DNA of 64,000 nt from Cyanophora paradoxa CCMP329 (lineage: Eukaryota; Plantae; Glaucophyta): NCBI GenBank assembly GCA_004431415.1, contig QPMI01000621.1:124001-188000 (forward strand). Direction: 5' to 3'. Made by a program: the position numbers and the translations under genes. Each line of letters opens with the position of its first letter. The stretch's first letter is position 1. The notes under the pieces were generated by a model, which did not search any database, was not told the DNA's origin, and worked only from the letters and a program-made list of their open reading frames with translations. Positions 32,780 to 45,961 of this stretch are shown here, one piece after another.

Positions 32780-35700
32780 CTACTGTATGACGGCCGCGGG
32801 GAAGTACGGCATCGATATCTGAGGTGCGGCCGGCGCCGCGGCCGGCGCGGCTGCAGCGGCTGCAGCTGGCCATGGAGCGTACGCGTACGGCGGGCTGATC
32901 GCTTGCCCCCCGCCGCTCATGTCGACGAAGACATGCTGAGGGCCGGGGGCGGGGGGGCGGGGGGCCCGCTCACAATATTATAATTAATATTATTCCCGCC
33001 AGCGCCCGCTCCGGATCCCGGCTGCGGGGAGCGAAGGTCCGTAAAGCCGGCGCCTCCGGATCCGGATTCGGATCCCTTGGCGCCGAAGCCGGCGCCGGCG
33101 CCGGGGGACGGGTTCCGCTTGTGCATGTACCAGTAGGCGACCGACCCCAGCAGGACGAGAAAGGCGGCGCCTCCGATGGCGCCGCCGACAGCTGCTCCGA
33201 TCGGGAACGTGCTCGAGGACTCTTCCCGATCCGAATTCGAAGGGCGCGGCAAGCCAGATTCTGGGGCACCGCTTGGGCTGCCAGACGCGGCAGGGGTAAC
33301 GCTTCCGGAGGCGCTCGCGTCCGCGGACGTGTCGACGGTCGATCCCGCGGACGCGTCAACGGAGGCGGGCCTCACGACCCAGAACCCGGAGCAGGTCCTG
33401 ATGCACGTGGCCACGCGTACGTGCACGGCCGCGGCCATGATCAGATTGCTGCAGCGTGCGGAGGCCAGGCCTAGGGCGGCACACGCATGAAAGGACGCAC
33501 GAAGCAGGCGTAGAGGGGTAGATGGTCGAGCACGTCGTCGCTGGCGGTGCAAACGAGGCGCCTCCGGACCGAGCGTTGTTTAGATTGGCCTGCATCTGAA
33601 TCGAGCGGAAAGAGTGAAACGTTGCATCAAAATTAGAATTAAAGCAAGAACGTTAACGCGCTGAATTTAAATTTGAATGACTGAGACTTTGAAAAATTAA
33701 ACCGCACACCAGCACGCAGGCCCCGGACGTTCGAGAGAAACTATTCTGCTTGCAGAAGTAGACATCGACCGCGTCCCGACCCGACCAGGAGATCGAGCAG
33801 CTCGCAGACCCGCTGCGGCAGCTGGCGGGGGCCGACGTGATTGTGATTGCTTTTGCGGCAAGCGTCACTTCTTTGTAGTACTGCGATGGGTCCAGATCTG
33901 CCGTGAGCCTCCGACGTTGACGCTGGGCCTTGCCCTCCGCGAAGACCATCCAGTACCCCGTGACGGAGCCGGCAGCGGGCCTGCGGAATATTCATGCTGA
34001 GCTTTGAAATCATTTTGAGTAGCTATAATTAATATAAGTTTAAGACAGCGTTGGAAACTTGCAATATTTAAAAAGGGCACTCTTCTGGCATATATGCATG
34101 GAGCTCGAGCCGCGCACGTTTTCGTCTTCTTTGCTATCTTTGCGTAATGCGCCGTCGTCGGCTTGACGGACAAGGGGCTGCCCCCGGCGGCTACCCCTGC
34201 TGCAACCTGCGAACGTACGCGCGGGGTTTGCAAACTTGGATTAATATTATTTTTGAAAACAGTTCCAGCTGCTGGAATTCGAATATCAATGAATTCGGAA
34301 TAGATACAGACCGCTGCGCAGTACTCGACCTCGAACGATGTTCCAGGGCAGATGTAAATGTCGACTCTGGTGAGGATAGCCTCTGTGTCCCACCCGACAG
34401 AACACTCGGAGTCAACCGAGCACGAAGGGCTCGTCTGGGCACTCAAGGCGACCCGCGTGACCACCGAGGGTTTGCTGCTCATGATCAGCTGCAGTTCGAC
34501 AGCCGCGCTGCGCGTCCTGGCCGCCTCGAATCTCTGCCCGCCGGCTGTCCCAGGAGATATCGATGGCGCGACGAGCCAGAAGGCCGAGCATCTGCTTTTT
34601 TCGTTCTAAGTGACAATTTCGAAGACGGCGTGCACCGTGGCACAGATGCAGGCTAGGCTTTGCACTCAGAGCGCACCCGAGGGAAGAAGACCCGTACTGA
34701 TTGCAGAAGCTTGAGATTTCCGTCGCCGTGAGCGCCACCGATTTCGGGCTCGCCGACAGGCGCGCACCGGTAGCGATCTGATGCAGTTAAAAAACATTTA
34801 GAGTTCAGTTTCATTATATACATGGTGCAATTGCGCATGCGCATGCACAAATTAAAATCTGTAAACGTTCCGCACCAGCGTGCACTTCGAGTCGTACTGC
34901 GCGAAGCCGCACAGCGCAATGTCGACGCTTGGGAAGCCGCCCCATGCGACGGAGCTCGAGCAACCGCTCTCGTCGCCCTCGCACTTCGATGACGTCGAGG
35001 ACAGTATTGTGAGCACCGAAATATTCACGGGGGCCGTCCCACCGTGGCACTGAGCTTGTTCACAAGTTCTGGCTGCGTTTCGGAAAACCAGTCGAGTCCT
35101 AGGCTTGGGTCTGGCCGAACCACCCAGTACATCGTGCACCTGCGGTCGAAAAGCTTAAGCTTAAGTAGGTCGAACCTGCAGCGAACGTTAACATCTTTAA
35201 TTTGAACATGAAACTTTACCCCGCTGGCGTCTTCGTCGATGTCTCAGGGCATACGTCCTGGGGCGAGATGCTGAGAGAAAGACTGGAAGACTGTGGCTGG
35301 GGACCGGTGCCATTGATCATGAGCTGCAAGCCATCACAAAGCTTAAGCATGAGTTCGAATGCACGTGCACTGCATGCGTGCCGATTGACGAGCATGGGCC
35401 GGACAACTTATAAATATAATTAACTTGAATTCGAATTATGTGTACGAACGCACTGATTTGCACGAGGTGTCGTAGAGCTTCGTGTTGCAGAGGTACGCGT
35501 TCACCACAGACGGGGCGCTCCACGCGACTTGGCACGGGCTGGAGGACCAGAGGGTGCACTCCGTGGAGGTCGGCTGGGCGATTCTGATCGGCTTGTAAAC
35601 GTACGCGTTGTCCCCGCTGCCCGTGACCGACTCGTTCAAGCCTTCGGGATACACCTCCCAGTACAATGTGCACCTGATCATGAAATTAATTAACATCGAA

Positions 35701-37448
35701 AATAATTAAAGGTTAACGTCGACGTCGCGAGTTAAGACAGACCTGCCGTTGTATTTGTCAGGGTAATCTGAAAAATCTGGTTTCGCGCAGAACTCTTCCC
35801 AGAGGGCGTCTGTGAGGGGCATGGCCATGGAGCCCGCAGGCGTCCCGCCCACGAGCTTCCGGCAAATTCGCTCTTCGTCGTCGGGCAAGTATCGGTTGCA
35901 CAGGTGCACGTCCACCACGTCGACGCCGGTGTAGGCGACGGTCACAGTCTCTCCGAGCACCAGATGCGGTATAGCCGGCGCCTCTTTGTCGGCTGCTCTC
36001 GCATAGACGTACACGTCGATCGCGGGCGGGTACACGAGGGTCATCTTCCTAGAGCCTGCGACAAAGCCCGCGTAGTCGTAATCGCCTGCAAGGGTGATGA
36101 CCAGGTAGACTTCGCAGCTGCGGCGACGGTTATATTTAAGGTCAGCTGCAGCTGCGCATGCAGCCTGAAAATTAAATTGAAACGTGAACACACCTGTCCC
36201 CCGGAGAATCTATCCTGCTTGGTTTTGCGCAAATTTCGCCATTCCACCATGCGAAGAAGTCTGTCGTGATCGTGAGAGAACCCGTTTGCGCAGGGGCCGA
36301 TGCCACCACCTGCCACCAGAATTAGGAACTGGACCCGGACGTCGACCGGAAATATGGCTGCGCATGTACACGAGGCCCCTAGCTCATGATCAAGCTTAAG
36401 GCAGATCTAGTTCTATATATATATAATATAGCTAGAGCTCACTTTTCGGCCTTTCTTGGACGCCTATTCTCCTTCCAGAAGCTGCGTTTTGCTGAACCAG
36501 ACGTCTACGTACCCGGAGCTTGGACCTCCGGACCACGCCAGATGGCACGGGTAGCCGACTAAGCAGCTTGAATTTGTGGCCGGGAGGATGGAGATCCGCG
36601 GAGGGAATTTGATTGTCACTGCGACTTGATCAACCTCGTCGGAAGACGATTGAATCGACCAGTACAGCGAACACCTGCCAGTGATCATGATTGAAACAAT
36701 TTGAGGATATGGAGATCTAGATCTATCTATCGAGACTGTAGCGCTAGCCGTACGCGTGCACGCGTGCGTGCACGTGCCACGTGCATGCGGCGGATTTCGA
36801 ATGCGAATTCGATTTCGAAGCGCGCACTGTTCAGAACCTGGGCTGCAGGGGGAAGTCCTGCTCGGGGAAAGGTACAGGTGGAGGGTGCCCAGATACTCCG
36901 CCTCCATTGTAAAGACGAATGGGTTTTGCTGGTACGGCGGGAGCGCCGTGTACTTGCTTATGTCAAACTGCGCAGCTGAGTCAATGGATCCCGGACAAGC
37001 ATGCGCATGGCGTAGCCATGGCCATGGCACTAGCGTAGCTGCACGCGCATGCACGCGCGCAGGCCTATTAGGCTAGGCCTAGCTTTTTTTTTTAGGTACA
37101 AGAGATAGGCCTCGAGATAGGTACAAACTCGAGATTGAACGTCATCCAATGCGCGCTCACTGTTAGAGATTCGCAATCACTGCTCAATTTGGGTCGATCG
37201 CCAGAAGGATACGAACTCGTCTCCACACTGCATATGTACGGGAGGACTTCCGAGCTGCCGGTCCAAGCAATCGTACACGCCTGCCCGACGGTGCATGTCG
37301 CGGATGTGTTCGGATAGAACAGCTGGAGCGTCGCCAGAGCGCTCGGCGCCGCCGCAGCTACCAGAGCCACAAGTACCAGCTTAAGAAGAGCACAGCTGCT
37401 CATGAGCTTAAGAAGAGCGCAGCTGCTCATGCGGGAATTCGAAGACAT
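32780..37448 (-). CDS. Type I membrane/surface protein with repeated Cys-Trp beta modules, multi-exon
   Basis: Signal peptide (with a 27-bp duplication, MSSCALLKL x2), repeats such as CTVGQACTIAWTG, CLVGYPCHLAWSG and CRSGSASCSISWSG, a Ser/Thr stalk, and TM GAAVGGAIGGAAFLVLLGSVAYWY. Confidence 0.7.
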
Positions 37449-38599
37449 TTGCATGCGATGACGCAGCAGACTTCTCGCTGCTTGCCGCGCGTTCATGATC
37501 ATGATCAGCCACTGAGGCGCAGCGCCAGGTTCGCGATCGGAGGTCGCGTGAACGTGTATACGTAACTTGTAACGTTCAAGAGTCTGCAGCCGCTGATCAT
37601 GAGCTGCGGCGCCAGCGCGCGCTGCGGCGTTGCAATTGCAATTGCAATTGGCTGCTGAGATGCGCGCGCGTACTACGGCCGCGGTACCGTATCCGATGAT
37701 CCGTGGCACGATTCCGTGCACGGCCAGTACTACCGGTAGTTGGCAGCTGCCAGGGGCTGCAGCCGTTTTCGAGCTGTATACGCACGTAAACGACTATATA
37801 TATGCACGACAAGTATATATACGTATACGTATACGTACGCGTATAACTACCGGTAGTGTACGCGTGTACGTATACAGCTGTATATATACGTACATGTACG
37901 TATACTAGACTACTAGTAGTCTACTACTAGTACTAGTACACATGTACCTGTGCACTGTGCGCATGCATATGACAATTCTAGCGCTGACCCGCCGCTGACC
38001 CCGCGGGCCGGGTCGGCCGGCCCGGGCTGATCGATCTTCGAATTCGAATTCGGTCGCTAGATCGACTAAATAAAAACATTATAGATCTAGCCCACTCAGC
38101 GAGTGAAAATATACACAGCTCCGAGTTTAGAGAGAACGTATGCGTATGCGCTGCGGTGCCCCGGGCCGGCGCTAGCAAAACCTAGGCCGGGCTACCTAAC
38201 ATTAATATTCCGCGACGCTCGGACGAGCTATTCCTGTACCCGGGGCATTCTCGATCTAGGGAGCTCGATCGATCTGGGGAGCTTGAGATCTGACCGGGTA
38301 ATTAATCCGGCGATAAAAAAAGCCGGCCGCGGCGAACGAATAAAAAAGGCGCAAGAAATCAGAAAAGTTCGCGTGGTTGAATTCAAAAACCTAAAATCAG
38401 AAATCAGCCCCGCGCCGGCTCCGATCCGGTCGACGAGTCGACGTCGGCCCCAGGCTGGATTCCCCGCCGCGCCGCTGGAATTCGAACCGCTAGCGCTGGC
38501 CATGGGCGCCCGGCGGCCGTAGGCGGCCGCCAGCAGTGGCCTAGGGGAGGGGACCCCCAGCCCGGCGCGGCCCCCGGGCCCCCGCGGCCGGCCCGGCGG

Positions 38600-41005
38600 T
38601 CACTGAGTCGCCGCTTGGAGCCACGATGTATTGTATATACACGCACAAGCCTCGGGCATGCACTGCGGCGGCTGCGCCCGGGACCTGTCCAAGCCCGTCT
38701 GCCCGCTGCGCAGCGTCCTGCATCCGTCCGGTCGCAGGGGCCGCTCTCAGCCAGGCCCCTCCCGAGGCCCCCTCCCGAGGCCCGCCGCCGCCAAGCGCGC
38801 CCACCTACTCCGACCCGGGGTCGGCGTCGGCGTCCGAGCCGCAGCCGGCCTTGGCCGCCCGCGCCTGCGGGGCGTCAGAGGGCGCCGCAGGGGCGCCACC
38901 GGCCGGGCCCGGGGGAAAGGTCGCCTTCTCGAGGTTGCGGGCGAGCTCGGAGGGGTCCCGCCGGCGCCGCGTCTCCACCGCCCGCCGCGACCCGTCCACC
39001 CTGCCCGCCCGCCCCGTACCCCTCAGAGGAGGGAGGGTACGGGAAAGTTGGGGGAGGATGGGGGGGGGGCGAAAGGCGGCCGCGCGCCGGTTCTTGTGGA
39101 GGCGGTTCGCGTACCCCGGGTCCTGTGCGGCCTGCGGGCGCGGGGGGACGGGAGTCGGGCGCGGCCCCAGAGCGGAGCGGGCGGGACAGGGGAGCTTCGA
39201 GCGGATCGCGGACCCGCAGGCGGCGGGTCTCGTGGCCGCGCCGGGCGATCTCGGCGCGGTCCTTCTTGATGAGCTTCTGCGCGGCCAGGGGGTCGCCGCC
39301 CTGCCTCTTCCTGGCCCCCAGGCTCTTCTTCTTCTGCTGCTGCTGCTGCCGAGGCGCGCGCCCCGCGCCGGGCTGGCGCTGGGGGGCGGGCGGCGGCTGC
39401 TTGAACGCGCTGGCGGCGAAGGGGGCGCTGCCGGGGGCGCCGGCCGTGAGCAGGGGCCCCTTCGGAGTGACGGGGCGCCTGAGAGCCAGCGCGTCGGCGT
39501 CGGCGCGGCGCTGAAGGGCGGGGCGTGTGCGTACCCGTCCGTCTTCAGCTCGCAGGCGCGGATGGCGGAGGGGGCGAGCCGAACGGAGGGCTCAGAGCCT
39601 GCGGAGGGCGAGGCCGGGGGCCACGGGAGGGGGAGGGGTACGCCCTCCTCGCCGAAATCGACGAGGGACCCGATCGAGTCGCTGCGCCGAAAGCGGGTCA
39701 GGCGGCGCGGACGCCGAGCCGAGAGGGGGTACTGGCACCTGCGGCTGGGGGAGGCGGGCGCCGGCGGCTCGCTCATGCTGCGCGCGCGGTCGATGGCGGC
39801 GGCTCAAGAGTGGAGATAAGATCGGGCTATGGTCGGACCTCATGGCGGAGAAGCGGGCGCTGAGCGCGTCGATGTCGTGGCACGGGAGGGCGCCGGCCCG
39901 CGCGGGCTCGCAATCCCCTTCGACGGAGCTGCCATAGCGTGAGCGACGCGAGGGCGGCGCGGGGATCGCGGAGGGCGCCTCGGCGACTCGTTCCGAGCGA
40001 TCTCGGCTCCGGCTCCGAGCTGGCTCGACTGCGGCGCTTCGGAGGCGGCAGGCAGCTGGGCCGAGGAGCTGCAGAGCGAGTTCAGAGTGGAGAGCGCGTT
40101 GAAGCGGGGTACGCGGCGAGGACGTACAGCTCCAAATGGGCGCCGGCGACGGGCACGACGACGTCAGCCGCACGCGCAGGGCTGCGAACGCGGCCGGTCA
40201 GGACTTCGGCAGAGGATTTGAATTGAAAGACGACGCACTTCGGCTGAAGGCCCTCCAGGCCCTCGATGGCGAGAAGATCAGCGGGGATCGCAGCTGCAGC
40301 CTGATTTGCGGGCGGCCGGAGCAGCCGGCTGGCGAAGCAAGTGAGTCGAGACAAACAGAAGCAAATCAAATGCGCACAGCAGCAGGCTCTCCTGGAAGTG
40401 AATGTACGCCTCGTGGCCAGCGATTATGCCCTGGGCCCTTCCAGGGTCGCTGCGAGGGACGTCAGCAGCTGCAGCGCTCGGCGCCGGGCGCGTGTTCTGT
40501 AGAAGCGGGCGCACATAGGCCGCTTGGCGAAGCCAGCCGCCTTCCCAAGAGCGCTCGTGGGGAGCCCGTATGGCACGGTCTGAGAGAATGGAGCCTGCGC
40601 ATGCGCTTGCCCTCGTCAGAGTCACGAACGCATGTGAAGCGCCTCGAGAGACACGAGTGGGAAGCCGAGGGCCGGCGAAGCGCGCGCGTTCCGAGCGCCA
40701 AGAAGGGATGCGGAGAAAGCGAAGTTGCCGAGGAAGTACGCGTTCGCAGGAAAGGTGGAGCGAAATCGGCGCAGGGGTCGAAGAGCACCTGCAGTGTGCC
40801 AGCGAACGGAGAGCTCGAGAATGCGTGCTCCTCTTCGTGAGCACCGGCGCCCAGGGCCTGCCGCGTGCGGCTCGCGCGGCGCCCTGGTCGCTGACCATGT
40901 CCGCGCTCGCACTTCTCTGACTCCGGCGACTGCGCGGGCGCCGGGCGGGCCGGCAGCACTGCTGGAGCGCCCGTAAACGCGGCCAGCTGCAGCATCGCTG
41001 CCATC
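38600..41005 (-). CDS. Hypothetical low-complexity protein (structure uncertain)
   Basis: Long GC-rich frames with coding-like segments (DIDALSARFSAMRSDHSP; RFRRSDSIGSLVDFGEE). No family recognised. Confidence 0.3.
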
Positions 41006-41050
41006 GCCGCGGGCGACGATGCAACGAATGGACTGTACCCCGACCCAGCG

Positions 41051-42036
41051 ATGGCAGGGATCGACGACCTGCCCGGGGAGCTCCTCGCGAGCATCCTGCG
41101 GCGGCTGCACGATGCGCGGGAGCTCATATCGCTCAGCCGCGTCTCCAGGCGCTGGCGCGACGCGGTCCTGCAAGTTTGCGGCACCCTGGACGGGCCGGGC
41201 GAGCTGTGCCTCCGCGTACAAGGCCGCCGAGACCCAGCGGTCATCGGGGCGCGACCCGCGGTGACAGGGGCGCTGAAGCATCTTGGCGGGCTGAGCTCCC
41301 TCGTCGTCGAGTTCGCCGGCTTCGACGCGAAGGCCCTCGCCCTCGCCCTCGGCGACAGCCTCCACACGCTCGAGCTGAACGGCTGCCCCGCAGCGTGCTT
41401 CGCCAAGGTCCGCCGCCCGGCCCCGTACACGCGGTCCTGCCCCACGGCCCGACGCGTGGCGGCGGGCAGCTTGCCGACCAGCCCGGGGCGTTGGCCTCTG
41501 CGGCGCTTCGGAACGCGTCGTCCCTCCGGCGCCTCGTCCTGCGGCGGGTCGACGCGCTGCCCTCCGCTGAAGTCGTCGCGACGCTCGGCTCCGCATCGTC
41601 GCTCACGCACGTCGACCTGAGCTACGTGCGCGCTTTTCGCCCGTGGCCCACGGATCGAATCGCTTTCCGCCTGGATCGAATCTGCGCCGCAGAACTCGGA
41701 CCTGCGGGACGACGTCTTCTCGGCGCTGGCGGCGCACTGCCCCTCCCTCTCCTCGCTCCGGGTACAGGGCTGCTGGCGCCTCCGCGGCCGCGGCATCGCC
41801 GAGCTGGCCGCCGGCTGCCCCCGCCTCGCCCGGCTCGACCTCGGCCTCGAGTACGTCCGCGTCACCGACGCCGGTGCGGCGTACCCCCCTCGCTCCGCTC
41901 TCGCACCCCTCTAAGCGGCTCGCGCGCCACAGCGCTGGAGGCGATCGCGCGGTCGCTGGGAGGGGTACTGGAGGAGTTCCGCATGGGCGGCTGGGGTGCG
42001 CGCCCCCTGTCCCTCCCCGCCCCCAACGCTTGACCG

Positions 42037-42067
<31 letters not shown>

Positions 42068-43310
42068 CAGGCCTCTCGCCCCCTCGCTGAACCTCCTGCC
42101 CCGCCTCACCCGCCTCTCCGCGCTCTCCTTCGCGTGCGACTCGGCCCCCGAGTCCCTGCTGGACTCGATCCTGCGGTCCTGCCCCTCCCTCGCCCGCCTC
42201 CGCGTCCAGTCCGGGGAGAGCCTCTCGCCCGAGGCGGCGGCCCGCCTGGCGCCCCTCCTCGCCCGCCTCACGGACGTCGGACTGAGCACGCGGATTCCGA
42301 TCGCGGCCGTGGGGCCCCCCGCGCCCCCCGGACCCTTACCCCTCGAGCTCCTCACCCTCTCCTGCTCCCCCTCCCTCGCCAAGCTCGCCATCTACTCCGA
42401 CTCCGTCACTAACGCGCGTGTACCCCCTCCCTTCCATCCCCCCTCTTCGTTTGAACCGCCGGTCCTCCCTCCCTTTTACAGGTCTGCGTCCTTCGCTCGG
42501 CGCCGCGCTGGTCCTCCCTGCGCACGCTGCGGCTCTGCTCCCGCCACGTCACCGGCCCCGCCCTCATCGTGCGCCTCGGCCGTATACGTACCCGCCTTCT
42601 GTCCCCCCCCTGCTCACAGGCGTACTCACCGGCAGCACATGGCGCGCCACTGCAAGGCGCTGCGCACGCTCTCCATCGCGAACGCGGCCGTGTCCGACGC
42701 GGAGGCCGCCGCCGCCTTCGCCCCCTCGTGCGCCGGCGGCCCCTGTACCCCTCCCCCTCCTTCCCTCTTCTTCTTCGCTTAGCCGGAGCTCCGCAGCGTG
42801 CCGTGGACCGCCACCCTCACGCGGTACCCCCTCTATCCCCTTCCGGAGCCCTCCGCTCCCGTCCTAACCGGCGCCCAGGGTGGACCTGAGCGGGACGGGC
42901 GCCGGGGACGCCGCGCTGTCCGCCCTGGCGGGCGCCGTCGGCCCGCGCCTGAGGGGCCTATCCCTATACGACACCCGCGTCTCCGACCGCGCCGTCTGCA
43001 AGGTCCGCCCACGCCCTGTACCCCCTACCCGCCCCGCCCCACCACCGACCGCGGCCAGTGGGCGGAGGAGGGCCGGCTGGCTGGCCTGGAGTCGGCGAAC
43101 CTCTCGCGCACGGGCCTCGCGGACAGCGGGCTGGCCGCCCTCCTCGACGGCTGCCCCCGCCTCTGGTGAGCCGCCGCGCCGGTCCCGCATCTGAGCGAGC
43201 GCTCCGCTCAGCTGTCGTTGGCGCGCAGGCGGCTGTACGCGTTCGAGTGCCGGTACCTGGGGCCGGCCCTCGCCCGCGCCCGCTCCGTCCTCCCGTTCGT
43301 CGTCACCTGA
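41051..43310 (+). CDS. F-box/LRR (FBXL-like) protein, multi-exon
   Basis: IDDLPGELLASILRRL..LSRVSRRWR F-box, with cysteine-containing LRRs (CPSLARL, CKALRTLSI, LRGLSLYDTRVSD). Confidence 0.85.
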
Positions 43311-44025
43311 TTGCGGAGCCGGGAATCGAACTGCCGGAGCCCGGCCCCCGCGGAATCGGGAATTTTATTTTACGGAATCTGCACACTGCACACTGCACTG
43401 CACAGCCGCGCGCACGTCGCGGCCGACCGCGGCCTGAGCATCACAGGGGGGCACTAGCTGCGCATCCAGGTCGACGTCGACGTGTAACTGTCCTGGTAGC
43501 GAGGTGCAGGGCCTAGCTATACAGGCTAGGGCTAACCGCATTTGTTTATATCCAACAGCCACGAAAACGCAAGTGGGGTCAGGCCTAGGGCCGACGTCGA
43601 CTGGATGCAAGCACTCCGGAGGCCTAGCGCCGAAGTCAGAGTTGGCGGGGTACGTGTGCACAGTGAGTTCACCAACGACGTCGACGCCGGCGCCCGGCCC
43701 CAGCTTGGTGAGCTCAAACAAAACTTTAAAGCGCGCAGCTTCGACTCGCATCCAGCCAGCCGCAGCCGTCGGGTTGGTGGGCGCTCGTTCGAATTCCGAA
43801 CGGCCGTCGCTGGTCTCTAGCTACTTATACAAGCTTTTGCTCTACTTCGTCAGCCGCGGATCCTTCGGTGCTTGTGAGCTTGCTCGCGCGTTCGGAGTCT
43901 GGAGCGAATTGAAGAAGTGAGCACGAGGCATCCGTGTATCGCACGATCACCCAAGCAGTCCCGACAGCTTGTTCAGGCGTAGGACGGCCGGGCGTTGCCG
44001 GCGCCCAGCCGTTATCGCATCTCGG

Positions 44026-44937
44026 ATGGCGCCGGCCGCGGGGGGACAGCGGCGAGCGGCACTGCTCCTCCTGGCGCTGCACGTGAGCGCGGCGTGGCTG
44101 GTGCTTCCCGCAGCTGCTCAGGTGGCGGAGGCCTTCCTCGGAAGGGGAGGGACGCCTGCGCGGGTCGCTGAGGGCCTCGCGGGCGCGGCGGCGGAGGCGG
44201 AGAATGGATCCGGCGCGGCGCATTCGTCTCTGGTCATGAAGCTCCTGCGGGGAACTCCGAGCCGGCTCCTAGGTCCCCTTGCCCCGCGTGCGCGGCCGCC
44301 CCGCCCCGCCCCGCCCCGCCGCGGCCCCGCAGTGGTCTTCTTGGGCGCCTCACGCCGCGCCCGGCGCAGCCGCCGGCGCCGCGCATCTCGATCCGCCGGC
44401 GACCGCTGCTGCAGGGCCCCACTCCACTCCCCGCCCGCCGGGTGCGCCGCCCCTGCAGCTGGCGCCCCCTACTCCCGCGGCTCCCTGACGGCGCCCCCGC
44501 AGCGCCCGGGGCACGTCGGGCCCCCAGGGACGCCCCAGACGGCTCGCTGGTCCCAGTGACCAACATCGAGGCCGAGCCGAGCCCCAGCCCGTCCGGCGGG
44601 CAGTCGGGCGGCAGCGCCCTCGGGGACGGCGCCATCGCGGTACCCCTCTTTGGTGGGGATGTCGTTCCACTGGGCTACACTAAACTTGAAAACTTCGCAG
44701 GCGATCGCCGTGGCGGGGGGCGCGTTGCTGGCGGCGGCGGCGATCCTCGCGGGGGTACTCTATTTCCGCTGGAAGCGCCGGGCGGCGCTGCTGTCTCTGG
44801 GGCGCCTCCGCCCGGCGAGCCTCGGGCCCGTGGAGTCGGACGAGAAGGGCGAGTCCGGACCCGCGGCCGAGCGCCCGCTCGCGGCCGGGGAGGAGCCGGT
44901 GAGGCCGCGGCCGGCCACCCTGCCCGTCATCCTGTAG
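44026..44937 (+). CDS. Small single-pass membrane protein, multi-exon
   Basis: Signal peptide AALLLLALHVSAAWLVLPAAAQ and TM AIAVAGGALLAAAAILAGVLYF followed by RWKRR. Confidence 0.6.
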
Positions 44938-45961
44938 CCAGGCGCGAGGACGTCGCCGCGCCCCGCTGCCAGGCTTGCCCGGCGAACTTTCTTTCAATTG
45001 CAGTTTGTTTCGCTTTCTTTGACACCATCCTTCGAAACATCGGCCCTCCCCGCATGAGCAGCCCTCAGTGAGAGCAGCTCCGCAGCTTAGCTAGCTCGGC
45101 CGCGTGCACCTGGTTAGCGCTCCCCGCGGCGCTAACTTAATGCTCCGGAGGCTTCATAGGAAAGCATGTACACGCGCTTCGAATTCACGATCACATGCGC
45201 ATGCTATCTTAATTATAAACGCGATGCACACGATCTCGATGGCATACCTCCCGCGCGCGGGTCGTTCGGACCTGCGGGCCGTCGGCGGCGTTGCCGCCGT
45301 CGCACGAATAGGCGTACGCGTCACGGCGGGCCCCGGTCCACGCGCGTCACGCGCGCGCGCGCGCCAGTGTACAGAGCTGCCCGCTGCTCCGCGCGCGCCA
45401 GCGGTAGGTATATATCACGATCATATATCTACGTATATGTATAGCTGCGGCTAGCTAGTGCCGCGCGCCTTGCCATTGCCTAATCATCGGATGCGCCAGA
45501 TGCTGACATATGCATGTAGCGCGGCCGCGTGCGGGCCGCGCGCGCGCGCCGCGCGCGGATCATTGGATGTGCACGTAGCTACCGCGGCCGCGCGAGGTGC
45601 TCGTAGCTGTAGCTAGCGCCGCGCGCGGCGCTGACTTCATGCGCACGAGGCCCATGGATACATGCGCTTCAGACTGATGATCAGTGATCGCATACTATCC
45701 TAGACGCGCGCGATGCACACGACCGTACGCGTACCTCGATCGCGATGGCATGCGCATGCCTCCGCTGATTATGAGCATCGGACAAGATGCGCAGACGTAC
45801 CCCAAGGGACGATTCGATCTGTTACCCCTTCCCCGAATGTCCCCCCCGCCAGCCGGAGATGCGACCCTACGCGATTCACTTGGTCAGCCGGACTTGGACA
45901 CTCCATCTCTGCGAAGCTCGGCAGTAGGGAGCGCATTCCTTTTGCAACGAGGGCGTCAACC

